Positions 17,388 through 18,430 of a DNA stretch of 18,430 nucleotides are shown in pieces; the stretch's first letter is position 1; the number at the start of each line of letters is the position of its first letter. This DNA comes from Coleofasciculus sp. B1-GNL1-01 (GTDB taxonomy: Bacteria > Cyanobacteriota > Cyanobacteriia > Cyanobacteriales > Coleofasciculaceae). The notes under the pieces are model-generated. The model was not told the DNA's origin and searched no databases. It saw only the letters and a list, made by a program, of their open reading frames with translations. The DNA is taken from the NCBI GenBank assembly GCA_040220235.1, contig JAVJTO010000130.1; one strand, 5' to 3'. The position numbers and the translations under genes are program-made.

Positions 17388-17507
17388 CCGCACATTGATG
17401 CTGGGGCGAGTCGAGATCAGTTAATTCTTCCTCCGCACATTGATGCTGGGGCGAGTCGATATCAGTTAATTCTTCCTCCGCACATTGATGCAGCGACTCG
17501 CCCCTAC
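17388..17507. repeat. 45-bp tandem repeat x2.3 ending in an inverted CGACTCGCCCCTAC arm
   Basis: CCGCACATTGATGCTGGGGCGAGTCGA(G/T)ATCAGTTAATTCTTCCT at 17388 and 17433, with a partial copy at 17478. Confidence 0.85.
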
Positions 17508-17549
17508 AGATTTTACAGATTTTACAGATTTTACAGATTTCACAGATTT
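17505..17549. repeat. 9-mer tandem repeat (TACAGATTT) x5
   Basis: Four exact units and one CACAGATTT. Confidence 0.9.
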
Positions 17550-17597
17550 ACGCAGGATACCATACGGTTCAATCGAACGCATATTGGTGGAGGGGAA

Positions 17598-17726
17598 AGG
17601 GCGCACGTCGGTGCGCCCCTACGGTTATAATCCATCAAAATACCTGTACCCTATCGGTAGGGTGGGTTAGGCGGTTATCCCCTTTTTTCAGTAACCTTTT
17701 AATGAAATATCCGCCGTAACCCACCA
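17598..17726. repeat. Two further REP/SDR-like hairpins
   Basis: AGGGCGCAC-GTCG-GTGCGCCCCTAC at 17598-17622; GTAGGGTGGGTTAGGCGG...CCGCCGTAACCCACC at ~17657-17726. Confidence 0.7.
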
Positions 17727-17765
17727 ATCACAAACTTATACCAAGTTGCAGTCTAATGTAGAATT

Positions 17766-17843
17766 TGTCATGCTGAACAAAACGCAGTGAAACGGAGTGA
17801 CGCGAAGCATCTGTCCAGATTCTTCGCTTCGCTCAGAATGACA
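17766..17843. repeat. TGTCATxCTGA...TCAGAATGACA palindromic REP-like element
   Basis: Ends TGTCATGCTGA and TCAGAATGACA are inverted; inner CGAAGCATCT / AGATTCTTCG arms. Confidence 0.7.
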
Positions 17844-18039
17844 TGATAAGTAGTCGGACAAAAGAAAACGGCACTGTATGAAGTTTTGTAATGAAGAGTC
17901 CCAGATGGCTTGTTGTGGATTAGATGTGTAGGCTGACTTTATTGGTGTAAATGTAAAAATGTGTCCCTAAGACTACGCCGCAGCCCAAGAAATAACCGTT
18001 TTTAATATTTGTTGGTGTTCGGTCGGTAATTATGAGAGA

Positions 18040-18430
18040 ATTGAACAGATTTTGTTAAAGGAAAGGAAAGTAAAACTGAGTGAACGTCAGTTACGAAGAA
18101 TTCTAAAAAAAAAATATATCTGGAAAAGAACAAGAACGTCTCTGGTGAATAAGCAAGACTCAAGAGCAAGAGCGACAAGAAGGCGGACTTAGAGATGCTC
18201 CAATGGGCAGAAGCCGCCGGGAAAATTTGCTTAAAATACTTAGATGAGTCAGGTTTTAGCTTGTGGTATACGCCAATATATACTTGGGAAAAAAGAGGAG
18301 AACTTGCAAAGAATTGAACAAACAAAAAAGAAAGGAAAAAGGTTAAATATATGTGGCTTGTTAGAAGTGGGAAAAAGTTTTGAGTATGGTCTGGTATTAA
18401 AAAGTTTTAAAAGTGAGAGTTATATAAAAT
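18040..18430 (+). pseudogene. IS630-family transposase fragment, frameshifted, runs off the window
   Basis: Hand translation: LLKERKVKLSERQLRRILKKKYIWKRTR, then a frameshift to KADLEMLQWAEAAGKICLKYLDESGFSLW, then a frameshift to QRIEQTKKKGKRLNICGLL...FKSESYIK. This gives a winged-HTH end plus the first catalytic D (YLDESGF). An A10 run lies at 18105-18114. The N-terminus is not recognisable. Confidence 0.85.

Noticed and set aside
17388..17507. Possible CRISPR mini-array
   Set aside because: The units are head-to-tail and near-identical over the full 45 bp, with no unique spacers, and there are no cas genes in the window.
17179..17670. ORFs 17179-17385 and 17485-17670 (TDFTDF...)
   Set aside because: These are translations of palindromic and 9-mer repeats.
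18002..18325. 107-aa - strand ORF
   Set aside because: Antisense shadow of the IS630 transposase fragment.

Overview
Cyanobacterial chromosomal window, inferred from many HIP1 GCGATCGC sites and STRR/SDR-type repeats; the style suggests a filamentous Oscillatoriales (Coleofasciculus-like) strain, which cannot be proven from this window. It is bounded by two decayed IS elements: a C-terminally truncated IS4-family transposase on the left and a frameshifted IS630-family transposase on the right. Between them lie a membrane dCache-HAMP-HisKA-HATPase-REC-class III adenylate cyclase hybrid, a cytochrome b-like membrane protein, two conserved hypotheticals, a carotenoid cleavage oxygenase, a NADAR protein, a knotless phytochrome histidine kinase (AphC/Cph2-like), a cupredoxin and a two-module M16 zinc peptidase. 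The least explained signals are intergenic. (i) A complete ~52-nt sRNA unit at 9015-9067 whose 5' end resembles NsiR1, preceded by an extended -10 and a HetR-box-like palindrome. (ii) An unannotated 59-aa ORF at 7108-7287 with a hydrophobic N-terminal segment and a C-terminal two-Cys, Pro-rich tail. (iii) Miniature inverted-repeat elements carrying heptamer arrays, SDR-like elements inserted in frame in the peptidase, and a dense mosaic of small palindromic repeats at 17230-17843.
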